Assembly: GCF_001194135.2 (NCBI RefSeq)
Contig: NC_069008.1
Coordinates: 16,597,509-16,638,492 of the forward strand
Reading direction: 5' to 3'
Length of the DNA stretch: 40,984 bases
Source of the DNA: Octopus bimaculoides
Lineage: Eukaryota
Shown: positions 12,491 through 24,970 of the stretch, one piece after another
Position numbering within the stretch: position 1 is the stretch's first letter
How the letters are laid out: the number at the start of each line of letters is the position of its first letter
Notes under the pieces: generated by a model
The model's database searches: none
What the model was told of the DNA's origin: nothing
The model's input: the letters and a program-made list of their open reading frames with translations, nothing else
Program-made: the position numbers and the translations under genes

Positions 12491-13165
12491 ATGGCAAAAG
12501 AATTGGGAAAATCACAACATTGGTGTGAAATCTGTGGTAAATCATTCTCTGTAAATACAAACTTGATTAATCACATACGTGTTCATACAGGTGAGAAGCC
12601 CTTTCACTGTGAAATCTGTGGTAAATCATTCTCTCAAAACGGTCACTTAACTAAACACAAACATATTCATACAGGAGAGAGACCATATCACTGTGATATC
12701 TGTGGTAAATCATTCTCTGTAAACAGTACCTTAACTAGACATAAACGTTTTCATACGGGAGAAAAGCCATTTCCCTGTAATATTTGTGGTAAATCATTCT
12801 CCCGAAACAGTACCTTATCTACACACAAACGTAGTCATACAGGAGAGAAGCCATATCACTGTAATATCTGTGGTAAATCATTCTCTCAAAGCAGTACCTT
12901 AACTAGACACAAATGTACTCATACAGGAGAGAAACCATATCAGTGTGATATCTGTGGTAAATCATTCTCTGAAGGTAGTGCCCTAAGAGGACACAGACGT
13001 ATTCATACAGGAGAGAGACCATATCACTGTGATTTCTGTGGAAAATCATTCTCTCAGAATAAGGGATTAACTAGTCACAAACGTACTCATACAGGAGAGA
13101 GATTACATCACTCTGATTCGTGTGGAAAAGCATTCTCTCACGGAAGTTTCGTAACTCAGACATGA
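12491..13165 (+). CDS. C2H2 zinc-finger protein B (7 intact fingers plus a degenerate 8th)
   Basis: ATG at 12491 (MAKELGKS), canonical fingers and linkers, TGA at 13163-13165. Confidence 0.92.
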   Translation: MAKELGKSQHWCEICGKSFSVNTNLINHIRVHTGEKPFHCEICGKSFSQNGHLTKHKHIHTGERPYHCDICGKSFSVNSTLTRHKRFHTGEKPFPCNICGKSFSRNSTLSTHKRSHTGEKPYHCNICGKSFSQSSTLTRHKCTHTGEKPYQCDICGKSFSEGSALRGHRRIHTGERPYHCDFCGKSFSQNKGLTSHKRTHTGERLHHSDSCGKAFSHGSFVTQT

Positions 13166-13470
13166 ATCTATCCATGTGAACATCTGATTGTATCATTGTC
13201 AAAATTCATTAGAACACTCAAGAACAACAACCAATATTTTAAAACCGTTTCCCCTGTCAAATCATGGCTTAACCTTTGTCCCCCCCCCCCGACAGTAACC
13301 ATACTCATCATAGTTACCCCTTTGAGATATTTTTTTTCAGCCAGATGCCCTTCTTTATGTCAACCACTTCAGTAGATTCTTCCATGGCATTCACAGAGTT
13401 TAGTTGGAGAAGAGTTGCTTCTTAAAATCCATTCTATTCAAAGAATAACTTGTAAACATAAATTTATTCA
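13166..13470 (+). repeat. Conserved proximal 3' UTR module, also at ~600-890 and 28610-28772 (both minus)
   Basis: Shared CTTCCATGG(C/T)ATTCACAGAGTTTAGTTGGA and a CCAGATGCCCTT SINE-like relic. Confidence 0.8.
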
Positions 13471-14231
13471 CATAGTTAAAAAATAGATACAAGAAGATGC
13501 TATCACTACATTTGATGTGGCCACTGTTATAACCTGCATTGGCAAGATAACATATTGTGATGTTTGAAGTATAAACATGCTCCTGGATATACTGCATATA
13601 ANNNNNNNNNNNNNNNNNNNNNNNNNNNNNNNNNNNNNNNNNNNNNNNNNNNNNNNNNNNNNNNNNNNNNNNNNNNNNNNNNNNNNNNNNNNNNNNNNNN
13701 NNNNNNNNNNNNNNNNNNNNNNNNNNNNNNNNNNNNNNNNNNNNNNNNNNNNNNNNNNNNNNNNNNNNNNNNNNNNNNNNNNNNNNNNNNNNNNNNNNNN
13801 NNNNNNNNNNNNNNNNNNNNNNNNNNNNNNNNNNNNNNNNNNNNNNNNNNNNNNNNNNNNNNNNNNNNNNNNNNNNNNNNNNNNNNNNNNNNNNNNNNNN
13901 NNNNNNNNNNNNNNNNNNNNNNNNNNNNNNNNNNNNNNNNNNNNNNNNNNNNNNNNNNNNNNNNNNNNNNNNNNNNNNNNNNNNNNNNNNNNNNNNNNNN
14001 NNNNNNNNNNNNNNNNNNNNNNNNNNNNNNNNNNNNNNNNNNNNNNNNNNNNNNNNNNNNNNNNNNNNNNNNNNNNNNNNNNNNNNNNNNNNNNNNNNNN
14101 NNNNNNNNNNNNNNNNNNNNNNNNNNNNNNNNNNNNNNNNNNNNNNNNNNNNNNNNNNNNNNNNNNNNNNNNNNNNNNNNNNNNNNNNNNNNNNNNNNNN
14201 NNNNNNNNNNNNNNNNNNNNNNNNNNNNNNN

Positions 14232-14261
<30 letters not shown>

Positions 14262-14272
<11 letters not shown>

Positions 14273-14487
14273 CTGTGTGTGTTTGTGTGTCTGTGTTTGT
14301 CCCCCCCATCATCGCTTGACAACCGATGCTGGTGTGTTTACGTCCCCGTAACTTAGCGGCTCGGCAAAAAGAGACCGGTAGCATAAGTACTAGGCTTACA
14401 AAGAATAAGTCCTGGGGTCGATTTGCTCGACTAAAGGCGGTGCTCCAGCATGGCCGCTGTCAAATGACTGAAACAAGTAAAAGAGTA
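14262..14487 (+). mobile_element. tRNA-derived SINE with internal (TA)n, 3' half
   Basis: GTCGATTTGCTCGACTAAAGGCGGTGCTCCAGCATGGCCG..GAAACAAGTAAAAGAG; reverse copy at 19691-19912. Confidence 0.75.
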
Positions 14488-15293
14488 TAGAAGCCATTAT
14501 ACAGTAATCTCTTATTGTAAGCAGTTGTATGTATGTAGTGTCTTTATTTTTGTACGCAGTGTAAATTAACCAAATACAAACACATGTATGAACTGCTAAT
14601 TTAACAGTAAATTTGCAACTGCTGCTATAATTATTCACTGGGAATTGAACGGCAAATGTGTATTTTTATATACCTTGAACCTGCCATCTCATTGCTTTTT
14701 ATCAAGAGTTTCACCTGTAGCTGTTCGTTGCGTCAGTCAACATACATACACTGTCACACCATTCCACTGTCATGGACGTAAAGATAGAAAGTTGCTGATG
14801 CATAATGTTGTTGACATTAGGATATAATTAGAATTAAAAGTAAAACAATATTATATGCTGTTGTACTTGGGGATGGTCATATTGCCAGTTTAGCCAATAA
14901 AAACACACACACTGTATATTTGGTGTTAATTTGCTTCAGCTTTATATTACATTAATCCTATTTCGGCCAGAGTTCTTTCGTCACACTTCTGTGACCTCAT
15001 CAGTGGTCCTTTGCTTTCTTCTTTCTTGTGTGTGTCTCACCTTGCTAACTATCAGCCATTTTGTAACATCTGTTACAAAACATCTGTTTCAACACACGAT
15101 TTCACATCAAAAATCTTGCAAAACAAATATGTAAACGGAATATTATATGCCATTACACTATACATGATATTCTTTCACTTTTGATATGCAATACCAAACA
15201 ATTGCCAATGTTGTATTGTTTTATGGGGTCTGATACTATTACCATGCAAAATTTTGGTTTGATTTGTTTGAGCCAGATAGAGGGACAAAGAAT

Positions 15294-15324
<31 letters not shown>

Positions 15325-15582
15325 CGATTATATAATTGCTGTACTGTATTGATAAATAAAATAACACACACAACTCATTTATCATTGTCATATAATAAAC
15401 AAACAGGCGTTCATGTATGGAATTTTCTCTTATAAAAGTACACACGTACAGGAGGAGTAAATTATATATGTAATAGTACTTTGAATGTGGCTCCCAAGAA
15501 ACAGTAAAAGTAGTTACCTGATTAATGACAGGTATTATTGCTAGTAGTATACAAGAGCAACTACCAACTTTGTGTTTTATAC

Positions 15583-15660
15583 CAGTGGTACCCAACCACT
15601 GGGCGCTGGCTGGTACCAGTCCATGGATCATTTGCTACTGGGCCACAAAGAAATTATTAA
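15583..15660 (+). mobile_element. Possible hAT/Charlie-type MITE left end
   Basis: CAGTGGTACCCAACC..GGTACCAGTCCATGG resembles MER1-type termini; no right end found. Confidence 0.35.
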
Positions 15661-16021
15661 CATGTTTAAAGTTATGTAATAATTACATCAATTTGAAAGA
15701 AACTACCCTCCTCGGAGCAGACAACCATATAAATTTCTAATCTAAAGGATAAACCATTTTTTTTTTTTTGCAAAATCTATATCAGTACCAGAAACCAAAA
15801 TAATTCCAATGTTTCCATTGCTATGTTTGTGGCAGGAGTGGTTTATCCTTCATATTACAAATCTATATAGTTGTCTGCTTGTGAGTAATAAGGGTTCTTT
15901 CAAATTGATGTCATGTTTTCATTGCTCGATTAAAAGGATCCGCTTGAAACGGCCGTAATGCACTGATATCTGGACATCCTTGTTACTTATTTGCTTCATA
16001 CATATATTTATATATAAATTT

Positions 16022-16196
16022 AGATTGGAGCCTGGTGTTGCCATCCGGTTTCACCAGTCCTCAGTCAAGTCGTCCAACCCATGCTAGCATGGAAAGCGGA
16101 CGTTAAACGATGATGATGATGATGATGATATACATATATATATTTATATCATCATCATCGTTTAACGTCTGCTTTCCATGCTAGCATAGGTTGGAC
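16022..16196. mobile_element. Two truncated SINE tails in tail-to-tail orientation
   Basis: 16072-16120 and 16148-16196 are 47/49 complementary. Confidence 0.85.
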
Positions 16197-16294
16197 TATA
16201 TATTTATATATATGTATACATATATATGCACACACACACATATATATATATATATGTATACATATATATATATATTTATATATATATATATATA

Positions 16295-16417
16295 CAAGGT
16301 GTCCACAAGTTCTGGGTACATGGAGTAAATAAAATCATAACATAAACAAATATAAGAAATAATAATTTCTTAAAGTATGTGTTAATCTCAATGTACCCAG
16401 ACTTTATGGACACCCTG
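16295..16417. mobile_element. 123-bp Tc1/mariner-type MITE
   Basis: TIRs CAAGGTGTCCACAAGTTCTGGGTACAT and ATGTACCCAGACTTTATGGACACCCTG, with TA on both sides. Confidence 0.8.
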
Positions 16418-17339
16418 TATATATTCATAAACATATATTTATATATATATATTCATAAACATATATNNNNNNNNNNNNNNNNNNNNNNNNNNNNNNNNNN
16501 NNNNNNNNNNNNNNNNNNNNNNNNNNNNNNNNNNNNNNNNNNNNNNNNNNNNNNNNNNNNNNNNNNNNNNNNNNNNNNNNNNNNNNNNNNNNNNNNNNNN
16601 NNNNNNNNNNNNNNNNNNNNNNNNNNNNNNNNNNNNNNNNNNNNNNNNNNNNNNNNNNNNNNNNNNNNNNNNNNNNNNNNNNNNNNNNNNNNNNNNNNNN
16701 NNNNNNNNNNNNNNNNNNNNNNNNNNNNNNNNNNNNNNNNNNNNNNNNNNNNNNNNNNNNNNNNNNNNNNNNNNNNNNNNNNNNNNNNNNNNNNNNNNNN
16801 NNNNNNNNNNNNNNNNNNNNNNNNNNNNNNNNNNNNNNNNNNNNNNNNNNNNNNNNNNNNNNNNNNNNNNNNNNNNNNNNNNNNNNNNNNNNNNNNNNNN
16901 NNNNNNNNNNNNNNNNNNNNNNNNNNNNNNNNNNNNNNNNNNNNNNNNNNNNNNNNNNNNNNNNNNNNNNNNNNNNNNNNNNNNNNNNNNNNNNNNNNNN
17001 NNNNNNNNNNNNNNNNNNNNNNNNNNNNNNNNNNNNNNNNNNNNNNNNNNNNNNNNNNNNNNNNNNNNNNNNNNNNNNNNNNNNNNNNNNNNNNNNNNNN
17101 NNNNNNNNNNNNNNNNNNNNNNNNNNNNNNNNNNNNNNNNNNNNNNNNNNNNNNNNNNNNNNNNNNNNNNNNNNNNNNNNNNNNNNNNNNNNNNNNNNNN
17201 NNNNNNNNNNNNNNNNNNNNNNNNNNNNNNNNNNNNNNNNNNNNNNNNNNNNNNNNNNNNNNNNNNNNNNNNNNNNNNNNNNNNNNNNNNNNNNNNNNNN
17301 NNNNNNNNNNNNNNNNNNNNNNNNNNNNNNNNNNNNTTT

Positions 17340-17667
17340 GTTGTTTTTTTTCGTTGTTTTGGTGACCGGAAGTTAAAGTAAACATTAACCGAAAATATGA
17401 ACTTGAAGAACATCACCACCAAGGTCGCTGCTGACAATAATAAAGATTCGTTTATCGTAGCCAGATATTAAGCACAGTAACCATGGTGATTTGCATCGGA
17501 ATAGTATTTCTTTTTTACCTCCACTTTTCTTAACATTCTTGGTTTTATTTACTAGAGAGCGGTCGCTTTACTTTTGTCACATGACACAACTTACTTCCGC
17601 TACAACGTGCCCGACGCTGGAAGATGATATATTTTCCCACTAAATATCGATTTCTATAGCATAACAG
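17340..17667 (+). promoter_or_regulatory. Cassette promoter/non-coding exon 1, copy C
   Basis: GTAACCATGGTGAT 17477-17490, GTCACATGAC 17576-17585, ACTTCCGC 17593-17600, donor at 17667/17668. Confidence 0.65.
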
Positions 17668-17890
17668 GTAAGATATACACACCTATCTATTGATCGATCG
17701 TACGTGCCGGATCTCTTATCTGGCTTCCAGAAATCCGGGAATACTTATACCGTGGATTGAGTATTCGGTTCCGCCCTTCCTGTCTCTGAAGATGACCAGG
17801 TGTTCAGCTTTACCCTTCGTGGGTCCCGAGGGACTGTGGTCTTCCGTGCTGTCACCCTCATCTTCTATGGTCATATCTAATTCTGATTGC

Positions 17891-18420
17891 GGCAAGACTT
17901 CCTTTTGTACACGCCAAAAATCCTATCATATTGCTGGGCCCACGATTTGTCTCCCAAAGACATTTCTCATAAGGTCCACTGCATCAAGAATACTTGTGAA
18001 GTTCATTGGTGCAATTTCAACTGTGAATTAATTTTACGGATTGTAAAATAGGAAATTACTTGTGTTGTCTTTAGAGTGTCATTCCACTTGTTCTTTGGTG
18101 AAACTTAGTCTACTTAGGAACATTCTGCTCAACATGGCTCACTGAAGCGTAGTGTTGTGTGCTCTGGAGTAAAGCAAGGATATTGAAGAAAGTGAGTTGG
18201 CTGTTTTCGAACCAACTGCCTTGACGAATGCTCGCTTTGGTTTTGCTTGTTTTACAGTAACCACATGTTTTACCGTCGTTCATGTCTCCTCTATTTATAT
18301 TGTCCACCTTATATTGGTCGGCACATGTGAGAATTCTTCTCTTTAACTGTATGGCACGTAAATATATCGGGGAGAGATCTATTCCAGCAGGATGTGAAGA
18401 AACCATAAAAAAATATGGCA
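17891..18420 (-). mobile_element. Decayed Merlin transposase (N-terminus to start of DDE) in the gene C intron
   Basis: CGYC..ASIRQGSWFENSQL, EQVE(W) and FTVEI, then across frameshifts VFGR..NRG..IFGVYKRKSC. Confidence 0.65.
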
Positions 18421-19549
18421 GTTGTCTGCGACGGTTGGCCGACTTAAGCTGGAATTTCTCCGTTTTGGAGGGGAATTTTTTAGATTTTCTTTTTCACGGT
18501 GCCCTTGGAAATAATCGCAAAATTTAAAAGAAAAATTATTTTCGAGGAATGATTTTTTTTTTCTTCTTTTGAAAACGTTCTCTTCCCCCAGTGTTCCCCT
18601 CTCCAAACCAGTTTTGGTCAATTTTGTGGGCACTACGCACGTAAAAAGTATAGGAGAAGCCTTTTCGGTAAAAAAAAAAAAAGGAAATATATTCAGACGT
18701 AAAGGTGGGTGATTAAATGGAGATTTGGCTGTTGTGTCTAGCATATTCCATGACCACCTTCGTCGTTTCTCACTCTCACAAGTGTTATGCTTTTGTATTT
18801 TGGACATAGAGTTGAATTTCGTTCGTTCATCAATATTTTCACTTTACTGATATTTCTTTCTGTTTGATCAATATATGGTCATTTCACGTGCTAGTAACAA
18901 CAGCTAAATTCTATTCAATTTAAACCTTCTCTTCCTGAAAACTGTATTTACTGATGTAATCCTCGATATATAATGTCAGATAAAAAAAAAACAGGATCGT
19001 CATGGATGGGTTGTCTTTGGTCATAAATGTGCTCAGTCTTTACTGATCCGGTGGAAAAGAGCAATGGCAGTATTTCTTATGAGAGAAATATTTTGTTGTC
19101 CACTCTTCTGAACTGCAATATGTATATTGAAGGCTGGTAAGTTGAGGGGCTGCACCAGGTTCCAGTCTCATTTGGCATGGTTTCTACAGTTGGATGCCCT
19201 ATCTAATGCTAACCACTCTATGTGCCACCAATATCTGCCATGACTTTGATTTCACTTGGCTTCATGGATCTTCTTCTCAAGCACATCATATTGCTAAAGA
19301 TCTTTGTCATATGTCATTCCTTCCGTGTGGACCAATACTCCAAAGGTGCCTCTTAAGCGCCAGCTGAACCACCATTGCTTATGTGAGGCCCAGCACTCCA
19401 AAGGTACTTTTTATGTGCCACCCACACGGCAATGGTATCGGACACATTGCCTCTATGAAGCCCAGTGCTCGACAGATGCTTTTTACATCCCACCGGCACA
19501 AGTACCAGATATGTGACACCAACATCGGCCATGTTGCCTCCATGAGGCC

Positions 19550-19643
19550 CAACACAGTGATATGGTTTCTCACCTGCATGAACACAAATGTGTTTAATGT
19601 AGTCAGTACTTCTAATGTATGTGATTTACCACAGATTTTACAA
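19550..19643 (-). pseudogene. Isolated frameshifted zinc-finger relic
   Basis: Minus strand reads CKICGKSH, then after a frameshift IKHICVHAGEKPYHCV. It lies antisense inside the gene C intron. Confidence 0.7.
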
Positions 19644-19690
19644 CCACCAGCAAGTAATGTCTCTATATATATATATATATATACATATAC

Positions 19691-19912
19691 TCTTTTACTT
19701 GTTTCAGTCATTTGACTGCGGCCATGCTGGGGCACCGCCTTTAGTCGAGCAAATCGACCCCAGGACTTATTCCCTGTAAGCCTAGTACTTATTCTATCGG
19801 TCTCTTTTTGCCGAACCGCTAAGTTACGGGGACGTAAACACACCACCATCGGTTGTCAAGCGAAGCTGGGGGGGACAAACACAGACACACAAACATACAC
19901 ACACATAAATAT
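19691..19912 (-). mobile_element. Same tRNA-derived SINE, 3' half
   Basis: Reverse complement of 14262-14487. Confidence 0.75.
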
Positions 19913-20902
19913 NNNNNNNNNNNNNNNNNNNNNNNNNNNNNNNNNNNNNNNNNNNNNNNNNNNNNNNNNNNNNNNNNNNNNNNNNNNNNNNNNNNNNNNN
20001 NNNNNNNNNNNNNNNNNNNNNNNNNNNNNNNNNNNNNNNNNNNNNNNNNNNNNNNNNNNNNNNNNNNNNNNNNNNNNNNNNNNNNNNNNNNNNNNNNNNN
20101 NNNNNNNNNNNNNNNNNNNNNNNNNNNNNNNNNNNNNNNNNNNNNNNNNNNNNNNNNNNNNNNNNNNNNNNNNNNNNNNNNNNNNNNNNNNNNNNNNNNN
20201 NNNNNNNNNNNNNNNNNNNNNNNNNNNNNNNNNNNNNNNNNNNNNNNNNNNNNNNNNNNNNNNNNNNNNNNNNNNNNNNNNNNNNNNNNNNNNNNNNNNN
20301 NNNNNNNNNNNNNNNNNNNNNNNNNNNNNNNNNNNNNNNNNNNNNNNNNNNNNNNNNNNNNNNNNNNNNNNNNNNNNNNNNNNNNNNNNNNNNNNNNNNN
20401 NNNNNNNNNNNNNNNNNNNNNNNNNNNNNNNNNNNNNNNNNNNNNNNNNNNNNNNNNNNNNNNNNNNNNNNNNNNNNNNNNNNNNNNNNNNNNNNNNNNN
20501 NNNNNNNNNNNNNNNNNNNNNNNNNNNNNNNNNNNNNNNNNNNNNNNNNNNNNNNNNNNNNNNNNNNNNNNNNNNNNNNNNNNNNNNNNNNNNNNNNNNN
20601 NNNNNNNNNNNNNNNNNNNNNNNNNNNNNNNNNNNNNNNNNNNNNNNNNNNNNNNNNNNNNNNNNNNNNNNNNNNNNNNNNNNNNNNNNNNNNNNNNNNN
20701 NNNNNNNNNNNNNNNNNNNNNNNNNNNNNNNNNNNNNNNNNNNNNNNNNNNNNNNNNNNNNNNNNNNNNNNNNNNNNNNNNNNNNNNNNNNNNNNNNNNN
20801 NNNNNNNNNNNNNNNNNNNNNNNNNNNNNNNNNNNNNNNNNNNNNNNNNNNNNNNNNNNNNNNNNNNNNNNNNNNNNNNNNNNNNNNNNNNNNNNNNNNN
20901 NN

Positions 20903-21634
20903 ATCTGTGGTAAATCATTCTCTGTAAACAGTGCCTTAACTATACACAAACGTACTCATACAGGAGAAAGACCATATCACTGTATTACCTGTGGCAAATC
21001 ATTCTCTACAAGCAGTACCTTAACTACACACAAACGTATTCATACAGGAGAAAGACCATATCACTGTGTTACCTGTGGTAAATCATTCTCTATAAACAGT
21101 GGCTTAACTCAGCACAAACGTACTCATACCGGAGAGAAACCACATCACTGTATTACCTGTGGCAAATCATTCTCTAAAATCAGTGGCTTAACTCAGCACA
21201 AACGTACTCATACCGGAGAGAAACCATATCACTGTGATATCTGTGACAAGACATTCACTGAAAATCGTAACTTAAGAAGACACAAACGTATTCATACAGG
21301 AGAGAAGCCATTTCCTTGTGTTACCTGTGGCAAATCATTCTCTTCAAGCAGTGGCTTAACTAATCACAAACGTATTCACACTGGAGTGAAGCCATTTCAC
21401 TGTGTTGTCTGTGATAAGTCATTCTCTCGAAAAATTACCTTAACGACACACAAATGTATTCATACAAGAGAGAAGCCATATACCTGTGATATCTGTGGCA
21501 AAGCATTCTCTGACAGTTTTGTCTTTAGAGAACACAGACGCATCCACTCAGGAGAGAGACCATCAAAAACATTTGTGTTACAAGCAATTCATACTAATTC
21601 TCCAGGAATTATTTATAAGCTGACACGTTTGTAA
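20903..21634 (+). CDS. C2H2 zinc-finger protein C (at least 8 fingers; 5' end in the assembly gap)
   Basis: Open finger array emerging from the N-gap and ending in a non-finger tail and TAA at 21632-21634. Confidence 0.88.
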   Translation: MCGKSFSVNSALTIHKRTHTGERPYHCITCGKSFSTSSTLTTHKRIHTGERPYHCVTCGKSFSINSGLTQHKRTHTGEKPHHCITCGKSFSKISGLTQHKRTHTGEKPYHCDICDKTFTENRNLRRHKRIHTGEKPFPCVTCGKSFSSSSGLTNHKRIHTGVKPFHCVVCDKSFSRKITLTTHKCIHTREKPYTCDICGKAFSDSFVFREHRRIHSGERPSKTFVLQAIHTNSPGIIYKLTRL

Positions 21635-22972
21635 AGATAAACAATCATGGTTCAGTCTCTTGTCTTAGCTATCACACTCCGCTGTTTACATATGTGGAAC
21701 TTATGCTACGTAGAGGCCTAGACATTTTCTGCTTACCATTAGAATACTTGTTGGTGACCAGGATCCACCCCTGGAATCAATTCGTAGAAATGTGCAACAA
21801 TATGTGTAACAATAGCGATGCGAATAATTTGTGCTTTCGATTTAAAGTCCAGAAGGGTGAGGAAGTTCATTGATTGATTTGTTGTTGATTAAAAGCCCCT
21901 GTCCTATAAAATAGGGGACAACCAATTAATGATGTAATGCTGTGATCAATATTTTATAATGAAATTAATGGAACACCAACCCCGAAATATGCAAGTCGCC
22001 CTGCCTTATTCATAAACATTAACAATGTTCACCTTAACATGAGATAATTACTACATATAACGTAATTAGATTTACTTCAGCTAATTAGAAACATATCTGA
22101 TTGGTAATTTTCCCTTCATCGGAAAGACATTGGGGGAATATATCAAAAGTGCCTAACATGATATATATCTTTGAATAAAAATCAATGAGAAATTATTTTC
22201 ACGTATGAAATGCCGTGTTCTGGCAAGTTTTAGTGAATGTTTTTGGGGATAACTCGACGTAGAAATATGTCAATAGAAGTGTGGAAAGGTGGTCACTCAT
22301 CCTCTGCGTATAAACCGAATAAAATCTGCCGAATGGAAGGTGTTTCTGAATTTATTAAATGGTGCTGGGATCTTTTTAACATATGTCACTGACGTCATTC
22401 AAACGAAGGATAAATCTTCAAATTATTAACACCACTGCCAACTGGGGGTGTTTTTTTAATTAGCAGAGCTAAGCTAATTACTTACGGGATCAGTGAGTTT
22501 AATTAACAATCATACAATCAAAATTCTTCTTTCAATATAATGTGATGGTAGGGGTTAATTGGCTGCTATTTTAGCAGGTTCAGTGAGCATGTCAAGACTC
22601 CCTTGTTGATATTATAATCTTTAGCTTTTCTTTTTCTTTTGTTTTTTTCTGCCTATGGAGCCCAATTGATTCCTCTTTTACTCGTATGGACCCTCACAGC
22701 CATTCAATGATTAAAAAATCCTTGTAATGTTTTCATTATTAAATATTATTAGTGATTGTTATTTTAAAAAATGGTTTGTGTATTGTAGAAGTTTAAGCAG
22801 TTTATTTGAACATAAACTTCAACAACAAAATCAAACATGGACCTTGGTTAAGAACCATTTATTTATCTGGATGATGTGTTCGGCATTTACCACAGGTTAG
22901 AAACAAGTGAAGATGCACCGTGATATAATTGAAAGGGTTTCTCTTTAATATATATTATATATATATATATTG

Positions 22973-23140
22973 CTACACTCTGACTGGTTGGCGTTAGGAA
23001 GGGCATCCAGCTGTAGAAACTCTGCCAAATCAGATTGGAGGCTGGTGTTGCCATCCGGTTTCACCAGTCCTCAGTCAAATCGTCCAACCCATGCTAGCAT
23101 GTAAAGCGGACGTTAAACGATGATGATGGTGATGATGATG
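22973..23140 (+). mobile_element. SINE / RTE-like 3' fragment
   Basis: Family consensus with (GAT)n tail. Absent at the paralogous site near 39065. Confidence 0.85.
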
Positions 23141-23673
23141 TTGGGGACTTTTAATATGTGCCACCGATGTCTTTCAGGGGAAGGAAAAATTATCAACGAA
23201 ATTGCCTATTGTGTTTCTAATTAGTTGAACTAAATCTAATTATATGTAGTAATTACCTCGTGTTAAGGTGAATGTTAATGTTTGTGGATAAGACTGGGTG
23301 ACCCACGTATTTCAGGGCCAGTGTTCTGTTACCTTAAGTAGTGTAGTGGCGTGAAATTATAGCCGCCATTGAGGAAGTACTATTCTGCGCATGCGCAGGG
23401 GACTTCACCACCGGAAGCCCCTCGGGTGCGCATGCGTAGTAAAACTGGTACTTAAAAGATAGTTTCACTTTGTTAGGCAGTTGAGCCACAAACCTTCTAT
23501 GTGACAGCTCCTCGCTCCTCAACAAAGCACCACTTCACCTCGATGCCTTCGATGGTGATAGCTACTTGCTTCTCTGGCAGGCATCAAGGAAGCTCTTAAC
23601 CTTCCATTACCAAGCTAGAACTTAATCAGCGGCTGCTAAGCTGAACGACAGGAAATTGTGAAACCAAGCATCA

Positions 23674-24408
23674 TCGATATATATAAAAATGAGAGTGTGT
23701 GAGAATCCCTAAAACTCGAGAATTACGCAACCAATTTCATTCAAATTTTACACAGGCCTTACTTAGGGTTCCAGTTGTGTTTTGGAGACTATGTGTGACC
23801 CAGTGATAATAAAAAAGACTCAAAGGAGGTCTGCAGCGAAATAATTTTACTCAACACTTTGCAAGTGAATCAGTGGAGGCAAAGATGCGTCTCATTTACT
23901 TGACAATCTATGCACCACATTGCAGAAATCACAATGTAAGTATATCTGAAAGGATAGTCTTACACTGTTGTACCATTGAATTACAAATAATGCTCATTTG
24001 TTATGTTCGGGTGACCCTATAGGTTCCAATAGTACAACTGTATTCGTCTTTGCTTAGGGAAAATGACTAAATTGTGGGTGTGAAGTCCCCATGAAGGGGT
24101 CTTTGTAACTTCTAAGAAGAAATTTTAGAAATATTACTTTATTTGTGTGTAATCTGTATGGTTAAAATTTCATCAACATCAAAAATATATGAATTTTCAT
24201 GGGAGTTATGGCCGTTATGCATAGAATATAATTTCCAAATTTCATAAAGATCCATTCAGTACTTTTTACGTAGTTTTGGATAAAAAAACAAATGACTAAT
24301 GTGTGTGTTTGTGTGAGTGTATATATGTATAGATATCTGTGTGCATGTATATATATGTCTCATCCTTCAATTGCATGTAACACGGGCAACGCCGGGTATC
24401 TCTGCTGG
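23674..24408 (+). mobile_element. Non-autonomous Helitron-like element
   Basis: 5' end A|TCGATATATATAAAAATG; 3' end CGGGCAACGCCGGG followed by CTGG|T (degenerate CTAG); internal microsatellite. Absent from the paralogous segment near 39280-39650. Confidence 0.55.
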
Positions 24409-24970
24409 TCGTAAATAAAACCCTTTTTATTATGCTGTAAAATTGTTCTAATGTCTCTTCATATATATTTCTGTTGAAAGGTGATAGAGGGGGACTAAAG
24501 CCTCTCACTATATTCACCATTTTACAGTAGTGATTCTAGCCATCTACAATGGAGGCGTAAAATAAGGGAGGTAAGTCATAACAGGAATACGTATTTAGAA
24601 ATTGTGGAAATGGATTTGATAGATTACTGGGTGATGTCTCAGAGAAATCACATTATTGTCGGTGATACAGTATTGTATGGCAGCTATATGACATGTCTGC
24701 AGTTATGTAACATCTAATAATGATTTACTCCCAGCCTATGTATCATGAATGGTTATGTGGACCACTACATGAACAGTATTAAGAAAAAAATTATATTTAT
24801 AGATGTACTTTATTTACAATATTTTACGCTTGTTTATACTCTTGTACATTCAAAGTTCACAAATTTCCTTATTTAAATTATGAATCAGATTCCTTTCGAT
24901 AAGTATCAATATGATTACAAAACTCTTTCCAGATGATATTTTCTGTCTGGTTGACAACTAATTTTCACAT

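Larger units (their letters stand above)
22500..24710 (+). repeat. Segmental duplication, paralogous to 37930-39770
   Basis: Colinear blocks (GGCTGCTATTTTAGCAG, CACAGGTTAGAAACAA, TTAGTTGAACTAAATCTAATTA, GATGTCTCAGAGAAATCACATTATTG) carrying different insertions. Confidence 0.85.

Noticed and set aside
15925-15965. GAAACGGCCGTA, a possible hammerhead stem III
   Set aside because: The upstream CUGAUGA core and stem II are not convincingly present.
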